Assembly (NCBI GenBank): GCA_004102645.1
Contig: CP034928.1
Coordinates: 1,106,153-1,170,152, forward strand
DNA: 64,000 nt
Reading direction: 5' to 3'
DNA from: Candidatus Bipolaricaulis sibiricus
GTDB taxonomy: Bacteria > Bipolaricaulota > Bipolaricaulia > Bipolaricaulales > Bipolaricaulaceae
A program made the translations under genes and the position numbers. The notes under the pieces are model-generated. The model was not told the DNA's origin. It worked only from the letters and a program-made list of their open reading frames with translations, and searched no databases. Positions 19,792 through 28,712 of this stretch are shown here, piece after piece (the stretch's first letter is position 1; each line of letters opens with the position of its first letter).

Positions 19792-20261
19792 CCGCTGCCC
19801 TCTCGGATCTGGCGCAGGATCCGCTTCGTCTTCTTCGCGTCAAGTTTCCCGTGCACCTCTTCGTCCACCATCATCACCGGCGCAAGACCGCATGCACCCA
19901 GGCACCGCACCCCTTCCACCGTGAACAGGCCATCGGCCGAGGTCTGCCCCAGCCCCACGCCCAGTTCTTCGCGAATCGCCTTGAGGATGTGTTCCACGCC
20001 CCGCACATGGCACGCCGTCCCCAGGCACAGACGAAGGGTATGCCTGCCCACCGGCGAGGTGCGGAAGAAGTGGTAGAACGTGATCACACCCCGAACCTGG
20101 GACAGCGGAACGCCCAGTGCACGCGCCACCGCGGCTTGCGCCTCCGGAGGGATGTACCCCAGTTCACTCTGAACGCGGTGTAGGGCCTGGATGAGCTCCG
20201 ATGGCCTTCCAGCGTAGGGCTCGGTCAGTCTGGCCAGCTGGGCTTCGGTCGCTGCAGTCAA
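19788..20261 (-). CDS. NuoE/HydC/HoxE-like [2Fe-2S] subunit, copy 1
   Basis: GYIP, VITFYHFF, CLGTACHVRG and RCLGACGLAPVM. TTG start overlaps the PHP stop. Confidence 0.93.
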   Translation of the reverse strand: MTAATEAQLARLTEPYAGRPSELIQALHRVQSELGYIPPEAQAAVARALGVPLSQVRGVITFYHFFRTSPVGRHTLRLCLGTACHVRGVEHILKAIREELGVGLGQTSADGLFTVEGVRCLGACGLAPVMMVDEEVHGKLDAKKTKRILRQIREGSG

Positions 20262-21016
20262 CACTCCTCCTTTGTCTCTTGGCTTGGCCGTACCGCTCGG
20301 CCGCCGGCGTTCTGCACGGCCCTCCGCAGCTCGGCAAGCGATGGCTCTGCACACAGCAGCTCCGTCCACGCCCGGCCGATCTCGGTGGGATAGTGGGCGT
20401 CGGAGCCACGCAGGATCGCCCGCCCCTGCAGTTCAGGCCAGGCACGCACAGCGTCCGCGAGCCGGGTCCATGGCGCGATCTCCACGGCTTCTGGCCAGCT
20501 CCCGTCAGGAAGCAGCCCGAGCACGGCCAGGAGTCCCCCCGGGAGCCGATCGACATGAGCGGGGACGGCCATCCCTCCGCGGTCCTCGACCCGTCGCACC
20601 ACCTCCGACAGGGAGAGCGCCACCGGAGTCAGAAGGAGCCGCTCGACCCGCCGCACGATCTCTCCGTCCTCGTCCACCACAACCTGATCGCCAAACAGAT
20701 CCGGATCGCACGGGATGTCGGGGAGGCTCTGCTGCAACTCCTGTTCGAGCTGGAACGCGTGTTCCTCGTCCGCGAACACCGCCAGAACCTCGACTTCCTC
20801 TGCAGTCTGTATTTCCATTCCCAGCAAGACGACGGGTTCCCCCCCGGCAGCACGCCGCACGTACCGGCCGTTCTCGGCGGCATTGTGGTCGCACACTGCA
20901 ATGAGATCAAGTCGAGCCCGTCGCGCCTCGGCAACGATGCGCGCCGGCGACATCTCCAGGCTGGCGCACGGGGACAGCGTGGAGTGAATGTGGAGATCGG
21001 CGCGCCACCACCTCAT
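20258..21016 (-). CDS. PHP-domain protein
   Basis: ADLHIHSTLSPC, AVCDHN, PAHVDR and GSDAH. Confidence 0.92.
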   Translation of the reverse strand: MRWWRADLHIHSTLSPCASLEMSPARIVAEARRARLDLIAVCDHNAAENGRYVRRAAGGEPVVLLGMEIQTAEEVEVLAVFADEEHAFQLEQELQQSLPDIPCDPDLFGDQVVVDEDGEIVRRVERLLLTPVALSLSEVVRRVEDRGGMAVPAHVDRLPGGLLAVLGLLPDGSWPEAVEIAPWTRLADAVRAWPELQGRAILRGSDAHYPTEIGRAWTELLCAEPSLAELRRAVQNAGGRAVRPSQETKEEC

Positions 21017-21345
21017 GGGTAGAGGACGCGGTGCAGTCGTCCCGCGACCTCGAACGCCGCCGCGGGCGTCACAAGGAGGTTGACCCCCTCCGCCTCGGCT
21101 CGGGTGATCACGTCGGAGCTGGGGCGCAGACCGCGGGCGAACACGATTCCCGCTACGCCTCGCAGCTTCCCCACGGCCACCACGTTCAGGTGGCGCTGGT
21201 GCGTGATCCACAGATCGCCAGGTTGGGCATGAGCAAGGACGTCCGACAAGAGGTCGGAGCAGTAGCCACCCCGCACCTCTCGACCCAGATCGGGGGCGGC
21301 CAGTGGCTCCAATCCCAGGATCTCGACAATGGCCTGTAGCTGCAT
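21013..21345 (-). CDS. DRTGG-domain protein
   Basis: GGYCSDLLSDVLA...LWIT...NVVAV. GAGGAGG RBS. Confidence 0.85.
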   Translation of the reverse strand: MQLQAIVEILGLEPLAAPDLGREVRGGYCSDLLSDVLAHAQPGDLWITHQRHLNVVAVGKLRGVAGIVFARGLRPSSDVITRAEAEGVNLLVTPAAAFEVAGRLHRVLYP

Positions 21346-21354
21346 CCTACCTCC

Positions 21355-21804
21355 TCACAAGAACGGAATCCCGCGGAGGATGGTCGCTCGAACGACGGTT
21401 CCCTTGCCCACGCGCGATCGGATCTTGAACAAATCGGAGTTCTGCTCCATGTTGCTGATCCCCAACCCTGCCCCGAACCCCAGCTCGCGGGCCCAGTCGG
21501 GGGCGGTGGAGTAGCCGGGTTGGCTCGCGAGTTCAACATCGGCGATGCCCGGCCCGTCGTCAGAGAACAGGAGTTCGACCCGATCCTCTCGGACAAGGAG
21601 AACGATCCGCCCCCCGTTCGAGTAGAGCACGAGGTTCATCTCGCCCTCAAAGCAGATGATGCTCGCGCGAAGGACAACATCAGGGCTGACCCCCAGTGCG
21701 AGGAGCTCGCGGCGGACCTCGGTAGAGACCGTGCCCGCCCGTTCGAGATCACGGGCCGCCACTGGGTAGATCCGCCTAAGGACGAGGCGCGTCCGGGGAC
21801 CCAT
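21355..21804 (-). CDS. Anti-sigma-factor-like Ser/Thr kinase (RsbT/SpoIIAB-like ATP-binding protein)
   Basis: FEGEMNLVLY, SDDGPGIADV and GFGAGLGISNM. The start could be TTG 21810. Confidence 0.85.
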   Translation of the reverse strand: MGPRTRLVLRRIYPVAARDLERAGTVSTEVRRELLALGVSPDVVLRASIICFEGEMNLVLYSNGGRIVLLVREDRVELLFSDDGPGIADVELASQPGYSTAPDWARELGFGAGLGISNMEQNSDLFKIRSRVGKGTVVRATILRGIPFL

Positions 21805-22171
21805 CGTCAAGGGGCATCCTCTTGCGCTGCGCAGCCTCGACTCCCGCCTGGTAGAGAATGCCGCAGGCCTCGAACATGATCCGGCGGGTGGCGAGGAGGG
21901 GGATGCCGGTTCCAACCGCGTACGCAACCGTCGCCGCCGCCGGCACCTTCCCCCGCACAAACAGCACCGCGCACATGTTCATGACCTCGGCGACCCGGAC
22001 CACCTGGGGGGTGATCATCCCGGTGATCAGGAGAACACCCTCATCCTGCACCATCGCCAGGACGTCCGACAGAAGATCCGCCGCGAAGGCGCTGGTTACC
22101 TCCCGCTCGGCCTGATCCGCTCCCGTTACGAACCGTGCGTCGACGAGCTCAGCGATCTCTCGCAGCTTCAC
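21776..22171 (-). CDS. DRTGG-domain protein
   Basis: MKLREIAELVDA...AFAADLLSDVLA...LLITG...MFEACGILY. Confidence 0.85.
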   Translation of the reverse strand: MKLREIAELVDARFVTGADQAEREVTSAFAADLLSDVLAMVQDEGVLLITGMITPQVVRVAEVMNMCAVLFVRGKVPAAATVAYAVGTGIPLLATRRIMFEACGILYQAGVEAAQRKRMPLDDGSPDAPRP

Positions 22172-22180
22172 GTCTCCCCC

Positions 22181-23413
22181 TCACGATCCGAACTTCGGGC
22201 CGAGGTCGCAGTACCCGAGGAGCTGCGGCACAAGACGCCCCGAGAACCTCCCCAACCCTCCCCGACCCGCGGCCCGCTCGCCGAACTGCCGGCACGGGTC
22301 AGGCGGGACTGCCGGCCCGACGAACAAGACCGGAACCGGATCGGCCGTGTGTTCCTTGACGCGGGGAGGCGTGGTGTGGTCACCGGACACACACAGGTGC
22401 ACCTCGCTCCACGCCAGCGAGTCGGCGAGTAAGGCGAAGAACTCCTGATCCACACGTTCGATGAACGCCCGTTTGGCGGGGGCGTCTCCGTCGTGGGCGG
22501 CATTGTCCGTACCCTTGATGTGCGCGAACACGAAGTCGGCCCTTTCGATCGCGGAGACCACAGCGCGAGCCTTTGCCCCGAGGTCGGTCTTGAGGTCGCC
22601 CGTTGCTCCCGACACATCCAGCACACTCAGTCCGGCGAGCTTCGCCACCCCCTTGTACAAGGCCCCGCCCGCCACGCACGCGCCGCGGATCCCGTACTCC
22701 GCGGTGATCGGGCGGAGGTGAGGCATCACCGCCGCCCCGCGAAGGAGGACCGCGTTCGCCGGCCGCTCCCCCCGGCGGACCCGTTCCAGGTTGAGCGGGT
22801 GGTCGGAGAGCACCTCGTGGGCCCGCTGGGTGAACAGGTTGACCGCGTCCGCCGTCCTCTGGCCTGTCGGGTCGAGAGGCCGACAGCGCTCCACGGGCCG
22901 TCCTTCCTTGCGGGGGTCGGTATCGGACACCGCAGCTGATGCGCCAGGACCCCGCAGGAGGAGCGCCCCTCGGTGCTCGGTTGATGCCCGGAACTGAACC
23001 TCGACACCGAACTCCCGAAGGTCGATCTCGGCGATCGCCCGCTCCAGGGGCTTCCCATCCGCCAGTCGGCCAGCGCGGCGGTCGATGACGACGAGCTCCC
23101 CACTGCGCGGCTCGACCGTTGCGAAGTTGGCCCGGAAACAGACATCGCCGCCCCGAACGTCAAGGCCAATCCCCAGAGCCTCGAACGCTCCCCGGCCCGT
23201 GTACACCCGGAACGGATCGTAGCCGAAGATCGACAGGTGCGAGGTGTCCGAGCCAGGGCGCACACCGGGGGCCACGGGGTCCATCAGCCCGAGCGCCCCA
23301 CGACCGGCAAGATCGTCAAGCACGGGGGTGACCGCACGCTCCAGACAAGTCGCCCCGTCAAGATCGGTGGGTCGCCCCCCTAGCCCATCGAGGATCACCA
23401 GAATGCCCGGCAT
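22181..23413 (-). CDS. apgM: 2,3-bisphosphoglycerate-independent phosphoglycerate mutase (archaeal-type)
   Basis: ILDGLGGRP, PGSDTSHLSIFGYDP, HIKGTDNAAHDG, SGDHTTP and HTADPVP. Confidence 0.92.
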   Translation of the reverse strand: MPGILVILDGLGGRPTDLDGATCLERAVTPVLDDLAGRGALGLMDPVAPGVRPGSDTSHLSIFGYDPFRVYTGRGAFEALGIGLDVRGGDVCFRANFATVEPRSGELVVIDRRAGRLADGKPLERAIAEIDLREFGVEVQFRASTEHRGALLLRGPGASAAVSDTDPRKEGRPVERCRPLDPTGQRTADAVNLFTQRAHEVLSDHPLNLERVRRGERPANAVLLRGAAVMPHLRPITAEYGIRGACVAGGALYKGVAKLAGLSVLDVSGATGDLKTDLGAKARAVVSAIERADFVFAHIKGTDNAAHDGDAPAKRAFIERVDQEFFALLADSLAWSEVHLCVSGDHTTPPRVKEHTADPVPVLFVGPAVPPDPCRQFGERAAGRGGLGRFSGRLVPQLLGYCDLGPKFGS

Positions 23414-23471
23414 GCGGATCTCCTCCTCCCCCTGCCACGGCGCACGATCAGCGTGCTCCTCTTCCCAGGTG

Positions 23472-24314
23472 CTATTTCCCCTCGATCTGACTCATCAGGT
23501 TCAGGGCGAGGATCTTCGCGTACCCGTTCTCCAGCGCGTCAACACCGATCGGGGCATCGATCACGATCTGCAGCTCCCGCCGCGCTTCAGCCCACTTCTC
23601 GGCGGGCATCAGGTAGTACTGCACGTAGAACACGCGGTTCTCCAGGTAGTCCGGATAGGAGGCGACCGCCTCTTCCATCAGAGCTCGCACCTTCTCGGGG
23701 TCCTTGCTGAACGGGTGCTCTGCCCAGTACCCCGCAAGCGCCCGCAGCGGCCCGCCGGAGATGTATCCCCGATCCAACTCGATGCACCGCTCCATCAACG
23801 CCATGAGCTTCTTGTCGTCGCCCCGCAGCGCCGCGGCGAGGAGCCCGACGGCCCCGCCCAACTGGACCTTGCGCGCCCAGTTCGAGTACGTCCAGAACAG
23901 CGCGGCCACGTCCGACGATACCTTGACCGCCTCGACGAACCCCTTCTCCCGTTCGACGCGCACGAACTCCGGGTTTGTCCGCAGGGAGCGCTCGCCGTAC
24001 TCCTGGCCCTTGGTGTGAACCGCGGACTTCTCCTTGTCGGGGAGGAAGACATCGGCGAGGGTGTAGTAGCACCGGGACAGCATGTTGAGGGCGTGAACGT
24101 AGTTCTCGTCCTGGGCAAGCGCTTGCTCGTAGAGAGCAATCGCCCGTTCCAGTTTGGCTTGGAGCTCGGGGGCATCGGTCAGCGTGTACTGCGTGACCCA
24201 AACCTCGTCAAACAACGCGTCTCCCTGAGCCGCAAGCTCGGCGGAGGTCTGACCCAACGCCGGGGTTGCCAACAGCGCGAGCACACACACGATCAACGCT
24301 CTTCGACCGGACAT
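23472..24314 (-). CDS. Secreted TPR protein, TRAP T-component (TatT)-like
   Basis: Signal peptide (RRALIVCVLALLATPALG), TPR-like helices and GGPLRALAGYW...DPEK...YLENRVFY. Confidence 0.55.
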   Translation of the reverse strand: MSGRRALIVCVLALLATPALGQTSAELAAQGDALFDEVWVTQYTLTDAPELQAKLERAIALYEQALAQDENYVHALNMLSRCYYTLADVFLPDKEKSAVHTKGQEYGERSLRTNPEFVRVEREKGFVEAVKVSSDVAALFWTYSNWARKVQLGGAVGLLAAALRGDDKKLMALMERCIELDRGYISGGPLRALAGYWAEHPFSKDPEKVRALMEEAVASYPDYLENRVFYVQYYLMPAEKWAEARRELQIVIDAPIGVDALENGYAKILALNLMSQIEGK

Positions 24315-24446
24315 CACTCCGCACCACCTCCGCAATGGTTTCCGGTACTATACAGACCGGGCACGGATCGAGCAACACGCTTCTGTGGATCGGATCGCGA
24401 GCTGGGGGTATAGTACGCAGCCGAAACGCCCAAAAAGGAGGTGCCA

Positions 24447-24626
24447 ATGGCGGTCAGAGTCGATCAGGATCTTTGTACGGGATGCGGACTGTGTGCGCAG
24501 GTATGCCCTGACGTGTTCGAGGTTGGCGACGACGGGTACGCTCATGTGATCAAGGGGGCCAACACGTCGATCTCCTGCGTGGACGAGGCCGTTGACCAGT
24601 GCCCGGTTGGGGCCATCAGCAAGTAG
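24447..24626 (+). CDS. Single-cluster ferredoxin
   Basis: CTGCGLCAQVCP...CPVGAI. AAGGAGGT RBS with an upstream TATAGT. Confidence 0.93.
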   Translation: MAVRVDQDLCTGCGLCAQVCPDVFEVGDDGYAHVIKGANTSISCVDEAVDQCPVGAISK

Positions 24627-24636
24627 GAACGGGATA

Positions 24637-24663
24637 GGGCAGGCCCGTCAGCGGCGCCTGCCC
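24637..24663 (+). terminator. Hairpin after ferredoxin
   Basis: GGGCAGGC...GCCTGCCC 8-bp stem. Confidence 0.3.
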
Positions 24664-24671
24664 GTTCTCCC

Positions 24672-25451
24672 ATGAAACGTCTCGGGCTGGCGTTGAGCGC
24701 TGGTGGCCCGCGCGGGATCGCCCACCTCGGGGTCCTCCGCCTTCTTTGTGAGGCCCAGATTCCAGTCCACGCCATCGCCGGCGCAAGCGTCGGGTCCTAC
24801 GTGGGCGGGCTGTTTGCCGCCGGCGTCCCGCTGGAGCAGATCGGGCAGTTCTGGGACGAGATGGGATTCCTCAAGACGGCTCGCTTTCTCCTGCCCACGT
24901 TCCCCTGGCGCGGGTGGAGCTCGGGGATTGAGCTGCAGCGGGCTCTCGTTGGTATCGTCGGCGAACGTCGGATCGAAGATCTGTCGGTACCGTTCGCCGC
25001 AGTAGCCACTGATCTCCAGACCGGCCAACCGGTGGCGATCCGCCAAGGAAGGTTGGCCGACGCGATCCGTGCCTCGTTGTCCGTGCCGGGGTTGTTCGTC
25101 CCGGTGGACCTCGGAGGACGCACGCTGATCGACGGGGGCGTGGTCCATCCGTTGCCGGTCGATGTGGTGCGGGAGATGGGCGCGGAGGTCGTCGTTGCGG
25201 TGGACGTGCTGGTCCCCCCGGGGAAGAAGCGGTTGACCCACGTGACGGTGTTCACGGTCCTCTTCCAGATGGCAACGATCTTCCAGAAGCGGGTTGCCGA
25301 GCTCGAGGTAGCCGCCCTTCGCCCCGAGGTCCTCCTCTGCCCCGACTTCGGCGACGGGCCCCCCACGTACGTGTCGGTCGGCACAGGCGCCGAGGCAGGG
25401 TACCGTGCCGCTCAGGCGGCACTTCCGCGGATCCGCGCTCTGTGCACTTGA
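24672..25451 (+). CDS. Patatin-like phospholipase
   Basis: LSAGGPRG, GASVG (GxSxG) and IDGG. Confidence 0.92.
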   Translation: MKRLGLALSAGGPRGIAHLGVLRLLCEAQIPVHAIAGASVGSYVGGLFAAGVPLEQIGQFWDEMGFLKTARFLLPTFPWRGWSSGIELQRALVGIVGERRIEDLSVPFAAVATDLQTGQPVAIRQGRLADAIRASLSVPGLFVPVDLGGRTLIDGGVVHPLPVDVVREMGAEVVVAVDVLVPPGKKRLTHVTVFTVLFQMATIFQKRVAELEVAALRPEVLLCPDFGDGPPTYVSVGTGAEAGYRAAQAALPRIRALCT

Positions 25452-26329
25452 GCCCTCTATCGCCGCCGTTCGTGCGCGGCGGGCTGGTCCTCGCCCTTGG
25501 GGTGGTATCCCTATCGTGGGCGGCAATCCTCATCCGGCTGACCGCCGCCCCCGCTGTCACCGTGGCGGCGTGGCGGATGGCCCTGTCGGCAGCCGTGGTC
25601 CTCACCCTCCTCGGCGCACGGCGAACCCGTCTCCCGCCGCGTGGGATGGGGTTCGCGGTTGTCGCGGGGGCGTTTCTCGCGCTGCACTTCGTCCTCTGGA
25701 TCGAGTCGCTTCGCCACACGACCGTGGCGAGCTCGGTCGCCCTCGTCACAACGAACCCGATCTTCGTGGGACTCCTGTCGGCCGTTGTTCTCGCCGAGCG
25801 CCCATCGCGAGTGCTGTGGCAGGGGATCGGTCTGTCCGTGATGGGGGGGCTGCTCATCGGGTGGGGCGACTTCGCGGTCGGCGGCACCGCGCTCTTGGGC
25901 GATGTGCTCGCCCTGCTCGGGGCGGTGGCGGCTTCGGCGTACCTCCTCATCGGACGGCGGGCGCGAAGCGAAGGCTCGTTTCTCCCCTACGTGGGCGTGG
26001 CTTACGGGACCGCCGCGGTGCTCCTCCTGGCGGGAGCAGCCGCAACCGGGCAGTTCGTCCCGGCCGGAGGCGAATGGCTCTGGATCGCACTGATGGCGCT
26101 CGGCCCTCAGCTCCTCGGTCATACAAGCGTGAACTGGGCCCTGCGGCGGTTCTCCGCATCGGCGGTGGCGGTGGCCATTCTCGGGGAGCCTGTCGGTGCC
26201 ACGCTGTGGGCGTACGCGGTGTTTGGCGAGGTCCCGGGGCCGACCCAGGGGATCGGGATCGCCCTCGTCCTTCTGGGGATCGTTCGCGCCCTGCGCGGCC
26301 CGCGGCCGTACGCTACGATCGACCCATGA
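25442..26329 (+). CDS. DMT/EamA-family transporter
   Basis: About 10 hydrophobic segments; FLALHFVLWIESL, TNPIF and GEPVGA. Confidence 0.9.
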   Translation: MHLSPLSPPFVRGGLVLALGVVSLSWAAILIRLTAAPAVTVAAWRMALSAAVVLTLLGARRTRLPPRGMGFAVVAGAFLALHFVLWIESLRHTTVASSVALVTTNPIFVGLLSAVVLAERPSRVLWQGIGLSVMGGLLIGWGDFAVGGTALLGDVLALLGAVAASAYLLIGRRARSEGSFLPYVGVAYGTAAVLLLAGAAATGQFVPAGGEWLWIALMALGPQLLGHTSVNWALRRFSASAVAVAILGEPVGATLWAYAVFGEVPGPTQGIGIALVLLGIVRALRGPRPYATIDP

Positions 26330-27588
26330 ACACGGCGTCGGCCAACGACGCGGCCGGCCGCGGCCGGGAGAAGATCGCGTGGGTTCGGTCCCACATGCCG
26401 ATCCTCGCCGCGCTGGAGGAGGAGCTCCGGCCCGCGCGGCCGTTCGCTGGGTTCCGGATCGCGTTGTCCATCCACCTCGAGGCGAAGACGGCGCGGCTCG
26501 CGCTCGCCCTAAAGGAGCTCGGGGCCGAGGTCGCGGTGGCGAGCTCAAACCCCCTGTCGGCGAAGGACGACGTCGTGGCGGCGTTGAGCGGTGAGGTCGC
26601 CACCCACGCTCGGTACGGAGCGAGCGAGGCGGAGTACACCGCTTTCCTCGAGAGGGTCCTCGCGATTCGGCCCCACCTCGTGCTCGACGACGGGGGCGAC
26701 CTGTGCGCCCTCCTCCACGGCGCGCGACACGACCTCGGGGCCGACGTGATCGGGGCGTGCGAGGAGACAACGACCGGTCTCGTTCGGCTGAGGCAGCTGG
26801 CCCGCGACGGGCGGCTCTTGTTCCCGGTGGTGGCAGTGAACGACGCACGGATGAAGCACCTCTTCGACAACCGCCATGGCACCGGGCAGTCGGTGTGGGA
26901 CGCGATCATGCGCGCCACGAACCTTCTCGTGGCTGGGAAGCGGGTCCTCGTCGTCGGGTACGGTTCGTGCGGCCGGGGGATCGCCGATCGGGCGCGGGGC
27001 CTGGGGGCCCATGTGACGGTGGCCGAGGTGGACCCGGTGCGGGCCGCGGAGGCTCTCCTCGAGGGGTTCCCCGTTTCTACCGTCCACGCCGCGATCCCCA
27101 GCGCCGAGTTCGTGATCACGGCCACCGGATGCATCGGAGCGGTAACGTTCGATGACCTCTGCGCAGCCCCGGATGGGGCAATCCTCGCCAACGCCGGACA
27201 CTTCGACGTCGAGATCGATGTCCAGTCGCTGCGAGCCCGGGCCGCGGGGCGGCGTGTCCGCGACCACGTCGAGGAGTTCACGTTGCCCAACGGGAACAGG
27301 GTGCACCTGCTCGCGGAGGGACGCCTGGTGAACCTCGTCGCCGGCGACGGCCACCCCGCCGAGATCATGGACCTTTCGTTTGCCGTGCAGCTCCTGTCCC
27401 TGCTGTGGCTCGCGCGGAGCGGGCGGGGGTTCGCCCCCGGGGTGTACCCCGTCCCGGCCGAGGTCGACGAGGAGGTGGCCCGGCGGTTCCTGGGAAGCCG
27501 CGGAGTACGAATCGATACCCTCACCCCCGACCAGCGGGCGTACCTCGGGCTGTGCGGGCGGGGGCCTACCTTTTCCCCCAGTCCGTGA
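26326..27588 (+). CDS. ahcY: Adenosylhomocysteinase
   Basis: HLEAKT, SSNPLS, DDGGD, EETTTG, KHLFDNRHGTGQS, NAGHFDVEID and EGRLVNL...GHP. Confidence 0.97.
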   Translation: MNTASANDAAGRGREKIAWVRSHMPILAALEEELRPARPFAGFRIALSIHLEAKTARLALALKELGAEVAVASSNPLSAKDDVVAALSGEVATHARYGASEAEYTAFLERVLAIRPHLVLDDGGDLCALLHGARHDLGADVIGACEETTTGLVRLRQLARDGRLLFPVVAVNDARMKHLFDNRHGTGQSVWDAIMRATNLLVAGKRVLVVGYGSCGRGIADRARGLGAHVTVAEVDPVRAAEALLEGFPVSTVHAAIPSAEFVITATGCIGAVTFDDLCAAPDGAILANAGHFDVEIDVQSLRARAAGRRVRDHVEEFTLPNGNRVHLLAEGRLVNLVAGDGHPAEIMDLSFAVQLLSLLWLARSGRGFAPGVYPVPAEVDEEVARRFLGSRGVRIDTLTPDQRAYLGLCGRGPTFSPSP

Positions 27589-28267
27589 GCTCAATCCGAT
27601 AGCGCAGGACGACCGAGTGGAGGTGTGTCACTTCGCCTTCGGCGTGTACCCACCCCTGCACCTCACTGCTCCACCAAGCCGTCCCATGGTGCTCCCCCGA
27701 CCAGCCTTCAGCTTCGTAGTCCACCCGGCAGGTTTCCCGGAACTCCCCGGCCGGCGTGGGAATGCCATCACCCCAGTCCACGGCGAGTGCCACCCGCTCT
27801 CGGAGGAGCGCGCCCTCCCCTCCTGGGAGCACCCGCGTCTGTACCGCCGAACCGTCTGGGTCTCGGACAATCCCTACGGTGGCTGCGGCAAGGACGAGAT
27901 GGGGGAGAACCTGGTTCGTCACGAACAGAACGGGGAGGGGCCATCGCGCGATCGAGACTGAGGGCGCGACCTGCCAGAAGGTGAGTGGTTCGGTGCGCCG
28001 CTCCCATGGTGTGTCGAGAACAGCTTCGAGAGACCAGCCTTGGAACAAGCCTTCAGGACAGGTCGGACAGGGGGAACCTTCTACCCTCTGGCCTGTCTGG
28101 ATCGTCAGGGTGAACTCATGCGTAGAGACCGTCCACGGATTGAGGTAGTCTGTCGCTTCAACCCGGTAGGTCCAATACATCCCCTCGGCCAGGTCCTCTG
28201 TCAGCGGGCAGCCGAAGACGGCTCCTCCGAGGGCAACTGCAAGCAGCGTGGGAAGAACGCCTCGCAT
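27566..28267 (-). CDS. Secreted/lipoprotein hypothetical, beta-rich
   Basis: AGGAGG RBS; signal LLAVALGGAVFGC; CPTCP insert; C-terminal TPAGEF...WWSSEVQGWV strand pattern. Confidence 0.75.
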   Translation of the reverse strand: MRGVLPTLLAVALGGAVFGCPLTEDLAEGMYWTYRVEATDYLNPWTVSTHEFTLTIQTGQRVEGSPCPTCPEGLFQGWSLEAVLDTPWERRTEPLTFWQVAPSVSIARWPLPVLFVTNQVLPHLVLAAATVGIVRDPDGSAVQTRVLPGGEGALLRERVALAVDWGDGIPTPAGEFRETCRVDYEAEGWSGEHHGTAWWSSEVQGWVHAEGEVTHLHSVVLRYRIELTDWGKR

Positions 28268-28277
28268 CGCCGGCCTC

Positions 28278-28637
28278 CTAGGTTGGGAAAGGCAATTGGG
28301 CAGCAGCCTCTTCGAACTCAACCGGTGGCTCGATCCGCATCGGCCGATCACCACAGATCCAACACCGATAGGAGAAGCACGTCCACTGTGGGCACGTGCC
28401 GCAGAAGCTGCAATCGCACTCACAGAACATGGGCTGGGGCTGCGTCAAGCACCACGCCACGAAAGCGGCGCAACCGATCCAGCACAGCGAGGCACACGGC
28501 TCGCAGGGCAGATCGTCGTACCCGCAATCCCAGCACGTCCGCCATCCGCACTCTGGTGGTCAGATCTGAGCGAACGCCGGGACCAGTCCCACCATGGCCG
28601 CGAGGGCCACCGCGACCGGCTGCATCCACCTTGACAC
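28278..28637 (-). pseudogene. Cys/Trp-rich secreted peptide gene with an in-frame TGA at codon 26 (pseudogene or recoded gene)
   Basis: MSRWMQPVAVALAAMVGLVPAFAQI*PPECGWRTCWDC...PFPT is one continuous frame. The TGA is at 28560-28562 and there are 16 Cys after it. Confidence 0.6.
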
Positions 28638-28712
28638 TCCGATCACCCCGTGATGAGTATAGCTTAAATTGTACCCCCGGTCAAGTCCTTCGCTCGCGAT
28701 GGTGGGGGTCCG

